This document shows, piece after piece, positions 1 to 9,502 of a stretch of DNA of 64,000 nt. A program made the translations under genes and the position numbers. Each line of letters opens with the position of its first letter. Position 1 is the first letter of the stretch. The notes under the pieces were generated by a model. The model had not been told where the DNA came from, ran no database searches, and saw only the letters and a program-made list of their open reading frames with translations. This DNA comes from Candidatus Marinacidobacterales bacterium (GTDB lineage Bacteria > Acidobacteriota > Vicinamibacteria > Marinacidobacterales > SMYC01), in assembly GCA_965224085.1 (NCBI GenBank), contig CBDCYI010000009.1, positions 352,001-416,000 on the forward strand. Direction: 5' to 3'.

Positions 1-63
1 CCGCTGACGCCGCATCTTGACGCGGTCTCCCTGGCGTAGTATGACTATGCGACGGAGGTATGA

Positions 64-339
64 ATGAAGCGATATGTCATCGAGCGCGACATTCCAGACA
101 TAGGTAGCGCGGACCGCGATGCGCTCCGCGAAGCAGCCAAGAAATCGAACAGCGTTCTGGCCGAGTTCGCGCCCAATATCCAGTGGATCCATTCCTATGT
201 GGCGGGCGAAAAGACGTTTTGCGTGTACATGGCCAAGGACGAGGAGTTCATCCACGAACATGCGCGCCGAAGCGGATTCCCAGCGACAAAGGTCACGGAA
301 ATCGGCAAAATGTTCGACCCGACGACCGAGCGCGGGTAA
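64..339 (+). CDS. DUF4242 domain protein
   Basis: RYVIER start, QWIHSYV..KTFCVY.A..EE.I.EHARRSGFPA pattern; GGAGG RBS upstream. Confidence 0.85.
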   Translation: MKRYVIERDIPDIGSADRDALREAAKKSNSVLAEFAPNIQWIHSYVAGEKTFCVYMAKDEEFIHEHARRSGFPATKVTEIGKMFDPTTERG

Positions 340-346
340 CGAGAAT

Positions 347-2125
347 CTATTTGCGCGCTCGCGGCGTCAGCATCGTTTCCCGGCGTTCTCCGTCCCGTTC
401 GTAAACAACCTTGATCGGCTCGCCGATTTTTACGACATCGAGAGCGTAAGTGTAATCGTAGATATTCGTGATCGTTTGTTCCGCGAACTCGACGATGACG
501 TCGCCGCCGCGAAGCCCGGCTTCTTCGGCAGGCCCGCCTTCGATAACGCCGCTCAAGAGCAGACCCTGCACTTCGGTGGCGTAGTCTGGAATCGTTCCCG
601 TGAAGGCACGCACCGTGTCCCGGCTGCCAGCTTCTTGCTGCGTCCGGGCGACTTTGACGAACACGGGGCGCTCGTCGAGATTGGCGAGCTTCTCGGCGAG
701 AATCGCGGCGAACTGCGCGACCCTCTCCAAGTCTTCGAAATTGATGAGCTCGGCGCGGTCCGCCGGCCGGTGATACTCCTTGTGAGAGCCGGTAAAGAAG
801 TTGATGCTCGGGACCTCGGCCTGGTTGAAGCTCATCACGTCCGTGGGTAAGTAAGGATCGTCACTCGCCTGAATATCGAAGCCGACAGGAACGTTGGTCT
901 GCTCGATGAGGCGTGGCCAGATTGAGCTCGTTCCAAGAGCCTGAAGGACGAGCTTGTTGTCGCGCATCCGACCGACCATGTCGTAGTTCACGTAAGCGAT
1001 GAGCGCCTCCGGCGCAATCACTTTCGACGCAACGAAAGCACCGGAGCCGAGGAGGCCCATCTCCTCGCCGGACCAGAACCCGAAAGCGACGGATGCTTTT
1101 CGCCCGCGCGTCTTCAAGCGCTCCGCCGCGGCAAGGACGGCCGCGACGCCCGAAGCGTTATCGTCGGCGCCACCATGCGTCTCGCCCGTTTCGTCTTTGC
1201 CCGCGAGCGAGTTTCCTTGCCGGCCTCGTCCCAGATGATCGTAATGCGCCCCTAGAAGCACGAACGATCCCGCGCCTCCTTCGTCTACTCTCGGGGGAAA
1301 ATAGCCGGCGACGTTTCTGCCCGTCCCCTTCTTGCGCTCGAGCTGAACGTTCAGACGCAACGTCACGTCCGGGATCGCGAACCCGGAAACGTGAGGATTG
1401 GCGGTGTCGAGATCGGCTTGTGCTTGCTCGAGCGTCTTGTCGGCGACACCCTCGAACAGCTTGGCGGCCAATTCCCCGTTGATGCTAGCGGCCACGATCC
1501 CCGATCCCGCTGCAGCTCTATCAAAGTTCAGAGCGGCGAGATCCCCCGCGTTCGGCGACCGCGGCCCCGTGACCACCAGGAGGCCTTTCGCCCCGCGCTC
1601 GCGCGCGTTGAGCGCTTTGTAGCGAAGCCCCGAATAGCGAGCGAGGACCGTCTTGACCTCCGCCGAAGCATCCTCGGGAAAATAGCGGAGCACGAGCACG
1701 AACTTGTCTTCGACATCCAGTCCGAAATAGCTGTCATAGCCGAAGTTCTGGCTCTCGGGAACGGTGATGCCGTATCCAGCGAAAACCACGGGGCCTTCGA
1801 CCTCGCCAATCTCCGAGAACGAGAGCCCGCGAAGCGCGTCTGAGGGAGCGGACCATCCGCCCAAGGACAGTGAGGAGCCTGTGTCGCGCACACCGGCCGT
1901 GAAATCAAAAGGCAGTTGGAATGAGCTTTGGCCAGGAAGTGGCGAAGCGCCGAGACGCTCGAGCTCCTTAATAATGTAATCGGCTGCCATCCGGGCACCG
2001 TCCGAGCCCGTGAGCCGACCGCCCATGGTCTCGGAAGCGAGGGTCGTCACGTGAGTCTTGATGTTCTCGGCGAGGGATGCCGACGCGGTAAGCAAACACA
2101 AAGCGAGAGCACTTAGTTTCATCAT
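347..2125 (-). CDS. M28 family aminopeptidase with PA and C-terminal PDZ domains, secreted
   Basis: GAHYDHLG, GADDNASG, GEEMGLLGS, NYDMVGR and YHRPAD motifs; GGPAEEAGLRGGD PDZ; start at ATGATG overlapping the upstream stop (ATGA). Confidence 0.92.
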   Translation of the reverse strand: MMKLSALALCLLTASASLAENIKTHVTTLASETMGGRLTGSDGARMAADYIIKELERLGASPLPGQSSFQLPFDFTAGVRDTGSSLSLGGWSAPSDALRGLSFSEIGEVEGPVVFAGYGITVPESQNFGYDSYFGLDVEDKFVLVLRYFPEDASAEVKTVLARYSGLRYKALNARERGAKGLLVVTGPRSPNAGDLAALNFDRAAAGSGIVAASINGELAAKLFEGVADKTLEQAQADLDTANPHVSGFAIPDVTLRLNVQLERKKGTGRNVAGYFPPRVDEGGAGSFVLLGAHYDHLGRGRQGNSLAGKDETGETHGGADDNASGVAAVLAAAERLKTRGRKASVAFGFWSGEEMGLLGSGAFVASKVIAPEALIAYVNYDMVGRMRDNKLVLQALGTSSIWPRLIEQTNVPVGFDIQASDDPYLPTDVMSFNQAEVPSINFFTGSHKEYHRPADRAELINFEDLERVAQFAAILAEKLANLDERPVFVKVARTQQEAGSRDTVRAFTGTIPDYATEVQGLLLSGVIEGGPAEEAGLRGGDVIVEFAEQTITNIYDYTYALDVVKIGEPIKVVYERDGERRETMLTPRARK

Positions 2126-3222
2126 TCGCCCTTCGAGTCGCGAGGAGGCGCCGCCTTCAGCGCATCGAGCGCCGTTTCGTGGTTCCAGCTTGCTAGAAAG
2201 ATCTGCCCCCCGTCGCCACCATCGCGGTTCGACGTCCACGCGAGCTTGGTGCCGTCCGGCGAAGGCACGGGAAGCCCATCGAAGCCGTCGGTATAAGTTA
2301 TCCGAACGGGCTCCTTTTTTCCTTCAAAGTCGACCATAAAGACTTCGAAATTGGCGAAGCCGAGCTTGTTGGTCGCGAAGAGGATATACTCGCCCGAGGG
2401 ATGGGCATAGGGCGCCCAACTCATCGAGCCGAAGCTCGTGATCTGTTGCTGCTTGGTGCCGTCCGGCTTCATCGTCCAAATATCGGCAATGAGCCCTTCT
2501 TCGTCGAAACGACGCCACACGATGCGCTCACCATCAGCGCTAAAAAAGGGGCCACCGTCATAGCCAAGGACGTCGGTGAGCCGAGTTTGCTCCGACCCGT
2601 CCGCGCGCATGATGTAGATCTCCGCGAAAGTAGAGGGATTCAGCTCTAGCGTCTTCTGATCGTCCGCGCTCAGCTCGCGGCCATAGGCGTCGCGTAGCGA
2701 GGAGAACACGATCCACACGCCGTCGGGCGAGAAGCTCGCTTCCGCGTCGTAGCCGCGCGCGCGCGTCAAACGCTCGAGCTCTCCGGTGTCGTTGTGAAAG
2801 ACGTAAATCTCCATCTCCGGATCGTAGTCCCAAGAATAGCGTCTCTCTTGCCCCGAGGCGCGGAAGTCGAGCTCTTCTTTTTGAAGCTCCTTCGACCGCG
2901 GGTCGTGATGGGTCGAGCTAAATAGGATGTTTCCCGTCCCGGACTGAATGAACGCGCACGTCGTTTTTCCATGGCCCGGCGAGATGCGTCGGGTATCGCC
3001 GTTCGTCAAATCCAGCTCGTAGATCTGATAGAACGGGTTGCCAGGCTCCCGCTCGCTCTGAAACACCATGCGGGTGCCGTCCGGCGAGAAATAGCCCTCC
3101 CCGGCGCGACGCCCTTCGAAGGTCAGTCGCCGCGTCCGCGTCAGGAAATCGCTCTCGGTGTAGTCCTGTGCACCAAGGCTTCCGGCGAACAATAGGAACC
3201 ATAGCGTGTTATTCCTCTTCAT
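2122..3222 (-). CDS. TolB-like PD40 beta-propeller protein, secreted
   Basis: Repeated FSPDG/PSPDG motifs; GYDAEASFSPDG, GYDGGPFFS; signal peptide from MKRNN. Confidence 0.88.
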   Translation of the reverse strand: MKRNNTLWFLLFAGSLGAQDYTESDFLTRTRRLTFEGRRAGEGYFSPDGTRMVFQSEREPGNPFYQIYELDLTNGDTRRISPGHGKTTCAFIQSGTGNILFSSTHHDPRSKELQKEELDFRASGQERRYSWDYDPEMEIYVFHNDTGELERLTRARGYDAEASFSPDGVWIVFSSLRDAYGRELSADDQKTLELNPSTFAEIYIMRADGSEQTRLTDVLGYDGGPFFSADGERIVWRRFDEEGLIADIWTMKPDGTKQQQITSFGSMSWAPYAHPSGEYILFATNKLGFANFEVFMVDFEGKKEPVRITYTDGFDGLPVPSPDGTKLAWTSNRDGGDGGQIFLASWNHETALDALKAAPPRDSKGE

Positions 3223-3342
3223 CAGCGCCCATTCTACTCGAAGCATCGACACGATAGGCACGGCGCTTGCTCCGACGCACTCGATCAGGCTTTCGATTGC
3301 ACCGTCGCTCGGGGGCCGATACAATCCGCTATCGAAACGGCC

Positions 3343-4195
3343 GTGCAAACGCTATCCGCATTGATCGAAGCCGAGCCGGAGCCTCTCGGCGAGCTCGACA
3401 AAACACTGCCAACCGCATTTTGCTCACTTGTTACGCGGTGCCTCTCTAAGAAGGCTGCGGGCCGTTACGCCTCGACGAGCGAGCTACTCAAAGCACTCTC
3501 TCAAGGGATGAAGCGTCCCGCTTCGCACACCGCCGCGGCTCCCCCCGCACCTCGTCAACCAACGGTCGGCCGCGACGAGACCATCCACACGTTGAAGCAC
3601 GCTCTGAGCTCGGTGGAGGATGGCCGGGGTTTGCTTCTGTGCGTGGCCGGAGAGGGTGGGATCGGCAAGACCACGGTCGTGGAAGCCTTCCTCGATGAGG
3701 TGAGCTCGGCGAGTCCGACGCGGCGGTTTGCTCGAGGGCGCTGCTCGGAGCGCCTTGCCGGAACCGAAGCGTACCTGCCATTTCTCGAATCTCTCGAAAG
3801 CCTGTTACACGACGACGGGGAGAGCTCATCCACACGCCTCATGAAAGAAGTGGCTCCAAGCTGGTACTTTCACTTGAAGCCGCCGGTGTCCACCGAAGAG
3901 TCGCCTCCGCAACGAGCTAACTCTCCGGAGCGCATGAAATGGGAGCTGAGTACTTTTCTGGAACGCCTGTCTCAGGAGGAGAGCCTCGTGCTCCTCCTGG
4001 AAGATCTGCACTGGGCCACGTGTCGACGGTGGATCTTCTCGCGCACCTGGCCGACCGGTTCGATCGGATCCGGGTGATGATTGTCGTCACCTATCGCCCG
4101 GAAGAGCTGCGCCTCGCCAAACATCCGTTCCTCAAAGTGAGGTCGGACCTTATGGCGCGCGGAGCCTGCCGGGAAATTACGCTCCCATTTCTCAG
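3343..4195 (+). pseudogene. Fragment of Ser/Thr kinase tail plus AAA ATPase (P-loop) protein
   Basis: LVTRCLSK..GRY kinase tail, GEGGIGKT Walker A, LLLEDLHWA Walker B; frameshift near 4020; truncated at both ends. Confidence 0.75.
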
Positions 4196-4212
4196 CCACC
4201 GGATATCACCCC

Positions 4213-4455
4213 GACACGGAAATTCTCGCCGCGGCCGGTGTTCCCGGGTCGTTCCCGTTTCCTCCCGGCAAATCAGCTGCCTTGGCTCGATACGGGCTCA
4301 ACGCGCTGAGAAAGAAGAAATTCATGAGCGTGAATGGAATCTTCAACAAAGTACTCGTACAGGCGCTCAAGTTCATGCCGATACGGCTACGCCAAGCGAC
4401 CAACAAGATTCTCGTAGGAACACCGGAAAAGCGCTTTGCGGCGCACCGCGCCTAG
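4213..4455 (+). pseudogene. C-terminal fragment of a short-chain dehydrogenase
   Basis: Manual translation DTEILAAAG...ALARYGLNALRKKKFMSVNGIFNKVL...KFMP resembles an SDR tail; no start. Confidence 0.5.
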
Positions 4456-4505
4456 ACGGCGAACTATACTTTGGTCGCCAATCGGATCAGAGTGAGATCG
4501 AAGAG

Positions 4506-5135
4506 CTAAGCGGTATCTGACAATGACACCCGTTGGTCTAGCTGCCCCAGGCGCTTGTCGATCAAGCTCCTGCGAACCGTGGACGACACCGCACCGATCA
4601 TTTCTCTTGCTTTGCGCATACTGAAGTTTGGCGCCAGCTCCAACTCCGGTAGCGCGGTAAACAGACGCGACTTCGCTGGCGAGAGATAGAAGAAATCAAT
4701 CAGAGCTTTCTCCGGCACGGCCATCACAACGCCGTCATCCCCTGCCTCCTCATATCCAAAAAAGAAGGAAGGCGCGACGTGATGGATCGAGAACGTGCCG
4801 AGCGGGGTACTGTAGCTCCGCGTCCGCGCCGGCGAGATACAGTACGTGACGCTCGAGATTTGAGAAATCATGCCGTGGTAGTAAAGAGCGCTCTGAAGAG
4901 AAACGTAGCTCGGGAATGGCGCTGTGAGGAACCTTGGAAGCATGAGCGGATCCAGTTTTCCGTCGAGAACCCACAAACCACGTTTGACGCGCACGACGTG
5001 ACCGGAATCAGCCAGGCGCGCCAGTAGCTTGCTCGCGTGACTCTTCTCCAGGTCCAACAAGCCCATCACATCTGCCGTTGTTAGAACGGCCTGCCGGCTC
5101 TTCTTGATCTCAGCCAAGGCGACGATGAGCTTCAT
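4506..5135 (-). CDS. Type IV TA antitoxin, AbiEi family
   Basis: N-terminal wHTH (LARLADSGHVVRVKRGLW), SYVSLQSALYYHGMI, AVPEKALID. Confidence 0.88.
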   Translation of the reverse strand: MKLIVALAEIKKSRQAVLTTADVMGLLDLEKSHASKLLARLADSGHVVRVKRGLWVLDGKLDPLMLPRFLTAPFPSYVSLQSALYYHGMISQISSVTYCISPARTRSYSTPLGTFSIHHVAPSFFFGYEEAGDDGVVMAVPEKALIDFFYLSPAKSRLFTALPELELAPNFSMRKAREMIGAVSSTVRRSLIDKRLGQLDQRVSLSDTA

Positions 5136-5898
5136 TCTCCCCCACCGCTACTGAGGGCGTCTACAACGCTGAGCACAGCATCTTCCCATACGGGTTCGGA
5201 GTCCCACTGTGCTTGATATTCTGGATGGAGATACGACAACACTTGGGCCTTGAATACGTCAAACGTGACGGACATCGCTTTCGACTCGGCTTCTGCAATG
5301 CGGGCGCTCAGTGCTCGATCGGAAATGCGCCGGTCGACTCCTGAATTCAGAAGAAGGTTGAGATCAAAAACATCTCTTGCCTGCGTCGCTGTTCTGAATA
5401 TTAGAGCTCCGACTTTCTGCTCGTATGCTGCATGGGCATCGTAGTGATTGGCCATGATTGGAGTTAGACGGTGCGCCCTTATTACGTCCGGATCCAAGGC
5501 TTCAAAAACGGCACGCTCTTTCATACCCCTTCTCGAGAACTCCAGTTTCGTGTGGCGCAAGACATCCGAAGCTGGAACGGCCAAGCCAAGCTTCCACCAT
5601 TGGGTTGTCTCGCTCTGCTTCGGCGCTGACCAGCGATCTATCGCGATTCCGCGCGCGCGAAGAATGTCACGAAATGGTGCCGAATCGAGGAGGTCACTCA
5701 CGGTCTCCTCGAGCTTTTCTTTGGAGATGTTTTGAACGTCCAGATCCATATCCTCTGAATAACGAAAGCTTTGAGAAAAAATCTCAGGTTGCATCCACCT
5801 TTCACGGCGTAAAACCTCTTATCTACTTTCCTTCCGAAGACATCGAGAAATAGTAGGTGGAAGAGCTCGACGAGCTTCAACGTATCCTGGGCGTTCAT
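5132..5898 (-). pseudogene. AbiEii/AbiGii nucleotidyltransferase toxin, frameshifted
   Basis: KGGCNLRFF and RYSEDMDLD lie in different frames; adding one A to the AAA run near 5770 restores LKSFRYSED; C-terminal QARDVFDL. May be a sequencing error. Confidence 0.8.
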
Positions 5899-5912
5899 AC
5901 TTTGGCATTAAT

Positions 5913-5950
5913 AATACCTATAGTTGACTTATATATCAACTATAGGTATT
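5913..5950. promoter_or_regulatory. 15-bp inverted repeat, putative AbiEi operator
   Basis: AATACCTATAGTTGA-N8-TCAACTATAGGTATT, perfect arms, just upstream of the 5898 start. Confidence 0.75.
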
Positions 5951-5965
5951 TACGATGCGGCGAAG

Positions 5966-6832
5966 CTACACGACCTCCACTTTCTCGATCAGCGAGTCGA
6001 AGAAACCTGTGGACCAAATCTCTACCGCCTGGCGATTCAACAGAAACGGCAAGACGTCTTCGCGAGCGCGCTCGACCTCCAGGGTCTCCACAGCTTGTCG
6101 GAACATTTCATGAAATACGTCAGGGCTCAGCCGGCCTTCCGACGTGTAATCGCCGGACTGGCGCATCCGTTGTTCCAAGTGGCCTAGGTTGAGCTTGGTA
6201 TAGTTGGCCACATACCAGACGAAGTCGTACCAGTCGCGTCCCTTGACCCGATTACGCCATCGGCGGCACAAGAGCGCATGCATCTTTCCGGCAAAAAGGT
6301 CGGGAAGGGCGTACGCCCTAACCGCAAACGGGATCGGCTGCAGGATCGGTTTGGTCTCCGTTTCAAACCCAAGCGGCGGATCGATGTCAACTTCGAGCCG
6401 GATCTTGAGCTTCTGCTCGGATTGAATGCCACCGCGCCATCTGTGATCTGCGTTGATGACGATCATTTGTTTCAGCGTGTTCGTCTTGAGGAAGGCGGAT
6501 CGGAGAGTGCTCTCTCGACTCTTGTCTATCGGTGCGAACGAGACCTCGAAACCGAAGCTTGCCAACTCGCGTTCCAAGGCGGAACCGTACCTGCCGAGAG
6601 AAAAATCACGTTCGGGAACGAGTAACGAAAAATCCAAGTCTTCGGAATACCGGTCGAGCCCATAGAGGATGCGAAGCGCGGTACCACCGTAAAAGGCGGC
6701 TCGTTCGAAGAACTTGCTGCGCCACAGTCCCAGAAGAGCCAATTGCTGGAGGATGTCGCGAAGCGCGGCGACGTTTTCCTCACGTGTGTCGCGGGAGTAG
6801 CGGTCAAGCATGCGTTGAATCGCAGGATTCAT
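5966..6832 (-). CDS. AbiEii/AbiGii nucleotidyltransferase toxin
   Basis: FYGGTALRILYGLDRYSEDLDFS, LFAGKMHALLCR, KGRDWYD. Confidence 0.92.
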   Translation of the reverse strand: MNPAIQRMLDRYSRDTREENVAALRDILQQLALLGLWRSKFFERAAFYGGTALRILYGLDRYSEDLDFSLLVPERDFSLGRYGSALERELASFGFEVSFAPIDKSRESTLRSAFLKTNTLKQMIVINADHRWRGGIQSEQKLKIRLEVDIDPPLGFETETKPILQPIPFAVRAYALPDLFAGKMHALLCRRWRNRVKGRDWYDFVWYVANYTKLNLGHLEQRMRQSGDYTSEGRLSPDVFHEMFRQAVETLEVERAREDVLPFLLNRQAVEIWSTGFFDSLIEKVEVV

Positions 6833-7482
6833 GGACCTGAGCGCTTCAACTGAAAGAGATAGTCGCGTAGGAGACGGATCTTTCTCGACCCGTACTTGTC
6901 TGCGATGACATGGATCATCGCTTCATCTACGCCAAGTAACGATTCGCGGGATATACGCAAATCATCGTGGAGGTAAGCGTGGAAGTCTGCCGTTTTTCTT
7001 GGAGTAAACCGGGAATCCGCCCAAATCTTGTCAGCAAGAGCCTTGGCGGGAGTCGCAATCAAAAAGTGTTGATCTGGGCCTACTGATTGTTGATCGATTC
7101 CGACAGAATACTTGCGAGGCGACAGCCTGCGATACTTGAAGAATCCCACCGGCGTATCGAATCGGCGTGATGGCGCCAGTGTCACGGACGTTACCACCTC
7201 GACTCTTTCGGGAATGAAACCGTAGTCACTCAATGCGGTGTCGAGACTAACGTATGACGGCCCGTAGATCAGATTTGCGAGAACCTGGCGGGACCAGGGA
7301 GCACGCCGGTGGCGTTCAGAAAGGACGTAGAGTCCCTTTTTGGCGCGGATAATTTCCTCCGCCTTGAGCATGGCTCGGATCTTGTCCCGCGGTTTGGAGT
7401 AGCTCGCCAAACAATCCATGAGTTGCTGATAGTCGAACACGTCCGAATCGAAGGATTGCCTGAGATCATCTACCGCGGTCAT
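6829..7482 (-). CDS. Type IV TA antitoxin, AbiEi family
   Basis: IIRAKKGLY, LANLIYGPSYVSLDTALSDYGFIPERV, IATPAKALAD; 4-bp overlap with the toxin gene. Confidence 0.88.
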   Translation of the reverse strand: MTAVDDLRQSFDSDVFDYQQLMDCLASYSKPRDKIRAMLKAEEIIRAKKGLYVLSERHRRAPWSRQVLANLIYGPSYVSLDTALSDYGFIPERVEVVTSVTLAPSRRFDTPVGFFKYRRLSPRKYSVGIDQQSVGPDQHFLIATPAKALADKIWADSRFTPRKTADFHAYLHDDLRISRESLLGVDEAMIHVIADKYGSRKIRLLRDYLFQLKRSGP

Positions 7483-7502
7483 GACGCCATTGTGTCAAAA
7501 GT

Positions 7503-7535
7503 ATTATAGTATGTCCATTATTAATGGACATACTA
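7503..7535 (-). promoter_or_regulatory. Promoter -10 (TATAAT) overlapped by a 14-bp inverted repeat operator
   Basis: TAGTATGTCCATTA-T-TAATGGACATACTA at 7507-7535; TATAAT on the minus strand at 7503-7508. Confidence 0.75.
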
Positions 7536-7647
7536 ACACATTTATGTCCAACACGGTCTGGTGGTAACGCTTGCGTAAGAGCCAGGGACGGCGCTCAACC
7601 GGAAGCCTTGACTCTCAAGCCTTCGAGACAAACAATCTCGCTGCACG

Positions 7648-9474
7648 ATGAGTTACAAGAGCTTACGTGGCGCCCTCGCCGACCTCGACCGACACGGCCA
7701 GCTCGTACGCGTCACGGAAGAGGTCGACCCTCACTTGGAGATGGCCGAAGTCCAAAGACGCGCCTACGTCGCCGAAGCGCCCGCCATCCTCTTCGAGAAC
7801 GTGAAGGGCTCGCCCTTCCAAGCGGTGTCCAATCTTTTCGGTACCCTCGAGCGCGCTCGCTTCTTGTTCCGAGATACGCTCGCGCGCGTCCAGAAAGTCA
7901 TCCAGCTCAAAGCTGATCCGTCGCAGGCGTTGCGCCACCCCTTCGCCTACGCGTCCGCACCACTGACCGGGATCGCGTCCCTGCCGAAATCGGTGTCGAG
8001 CGGCCCAGTTCTGCAAAACCGCACCGACATCGCGTCGCTTCCGGCCATTCAAAGCTGGCCGGACGATGGGGGCCCGTTCATCACACTTCCCCAGGTCTAC
8101 ACCGAGGATCCGGACGGTCGAGGCGTGATGCGCTCGAATATCGGCATGTATCGGGTGCAGCTCGCCGGCAACGACTACGAGCCGCAAAAAGAAGTCGGCC
8201 TTCACTATCAAATCCATCGCGGTATCGGTGTTCACCACGCGGCCGCGCTTCGGCGCGGCGAGCCGCTCGAAGTGAGCATCTTCGTGGGAGGACCGCCCGC
8301 GCATACGCTCGCGGCCGTCATGCCCCTCCCCGAAGGCTTGAGCGAGCTTCTTTTCGCGGGCATGTTGAACGGGCGGCGATTCCGATATGCGCGACGTGAC
8401 GGCTTTACCATCGCTTCCGAAGCGGACTTCGTCATCACTGGGCGGATCCATCCGGAGCGCACCCTTCCCGAAGGCCCTTTCGGAGACCATCTCGGCTACT
8501 ACAGCCTCGCGCACGACTTCCCCGTTCTCGAAGTCGAATCGGTCTATCACCGCACCGACGCTGTATGGCCGTTCACCGTCGTGGGACGGCCGCCGCAAGA
8601 AGACACGACGTTTGGCAAGCTCATCCACGAGATCACGGCACCGATGGTGCCCGTCGAGCTTCCAGGTGTGAAAGCCATGCATGCGGTGGACGCCGCGGGG
8701 GTCCATCCGCTTCTGCTCGCCATCGGGAGCGAGCGCTACGTTCCCTATGGCGAGCGCGTCCCGCAGGAGATCCTCACGAACGCCAACGCCATTCTGGGTT
8801 TTAGCCAGGCGTCGCTCGCTAAATATTTGATGATCGTCGCGAAAGAGGACGACCCCGAGCTGAATCTAGACGACATCGAGCGGTTTCTGATCCATCTCTT
8901 GGAACGCGTCGATTTCCGCCGCGACCTGCATTTCCAAACGCGCACGACGATCGATACCCTCGATTATTCCGGGACGGATCTCAATGCGGGCTCCAAGCTC
9001 GTTATTGCCGCCGCAGGTGCGAAGAAGCGAAGCCTCGCGCGCAAGCTGCCCGAGCTTTCGTTGCCTTCCGCATGCCGCGACGCGGCGTTGGCTCTACCTG
9101 GCGTGCTCGTCCTGCAGGCGGCGCCGTTTTCAGGCTATGAGGCGATCTCACGTGAGATGATGGAGTTCACGTGCCATCTCGAGCGCCAGCCGCTCAACGA
9201 GCTTCCGCTCGTGGTGCTCGTCGACGACGCCGCCTTCACTGCGAAAACGTCGAGAAATTTCTTGTGGGTGACCTTTACCCGATCGAACCCGTCACACGAC
9301 GTGCACGGTGTCGCCAGCTTCACCGTGCACAAACATTGGGGCTGCGAGAAGTCGATGATCATCGACGCGCGCTTGAAGCCCCATCACGCCCCGCCTTTGA
9401 TAGAAGACCCAAAAGTCACGAAACGCGTGGACGCGCTCGCGGCGCCTGGAGGAAGCTTGCACGGCGTCCTGTAA
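7648..9474 (+). CDS. UbiD family (prFMN-dependent) decarboxylase
   Basis: NIGMYRVQ, EGPFGDHLGYY, VGRPPQED motifs. Confidence 0.92.
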   Translation: MSYKSLRGALADLDRHGQLVRVTEEVDPHLEMAEVQRRAYVAEAPAILFENVKGSPFQAVSNLFGTLERARFLFRDTLARVQKVIQLKADPSQALRHPFAYASAPLTGIASLPKSVSSGPVLQNRTDIASLPAIQSWPDDGGPFITLPQVYTEDPDGRGVMRSNIGMYRVQLAGNDYEPQKEVGLHYQIHRGIGVHHAAALRRGEPLEVSIFVGGPPAHTLAAVMPLPEGLSELLFAGMLNGRRFRYARRDGFTIASEADFVITGRIHPERTLPEGPFGDHLGYYSLAHDFPVLEVESVYHRTDAVWPFTVVGRPPQEDTTFGKLIHEITAPMVPVELPGVKAMHAVDAAGVHPLLLAIGSERYVPYGERVPQEILTNANAILGFSQASLAKYLMIVAKEDDPELNLDDIERFLIHLLERVDFRRDLHFQTRTTIDTLDYSGTDLNAGSKLVIAAAGAKKRSLARKLPELSLPSACRDAALALPGVLVLQAAPFSGYEAISREMMEFTCHLERQPLNELPLVVLVDDAAFTAKTSRNFLWVTFTRSNPSHDVHGVASFTVHKHWGCEKSMIIDARLKPHHAPPLIEDPKVTKRVDALAAPGGSLHGVL

Positions 9475-9502
9475 TCCATACACTTATGCACGGAGGTCAC
9501 CC

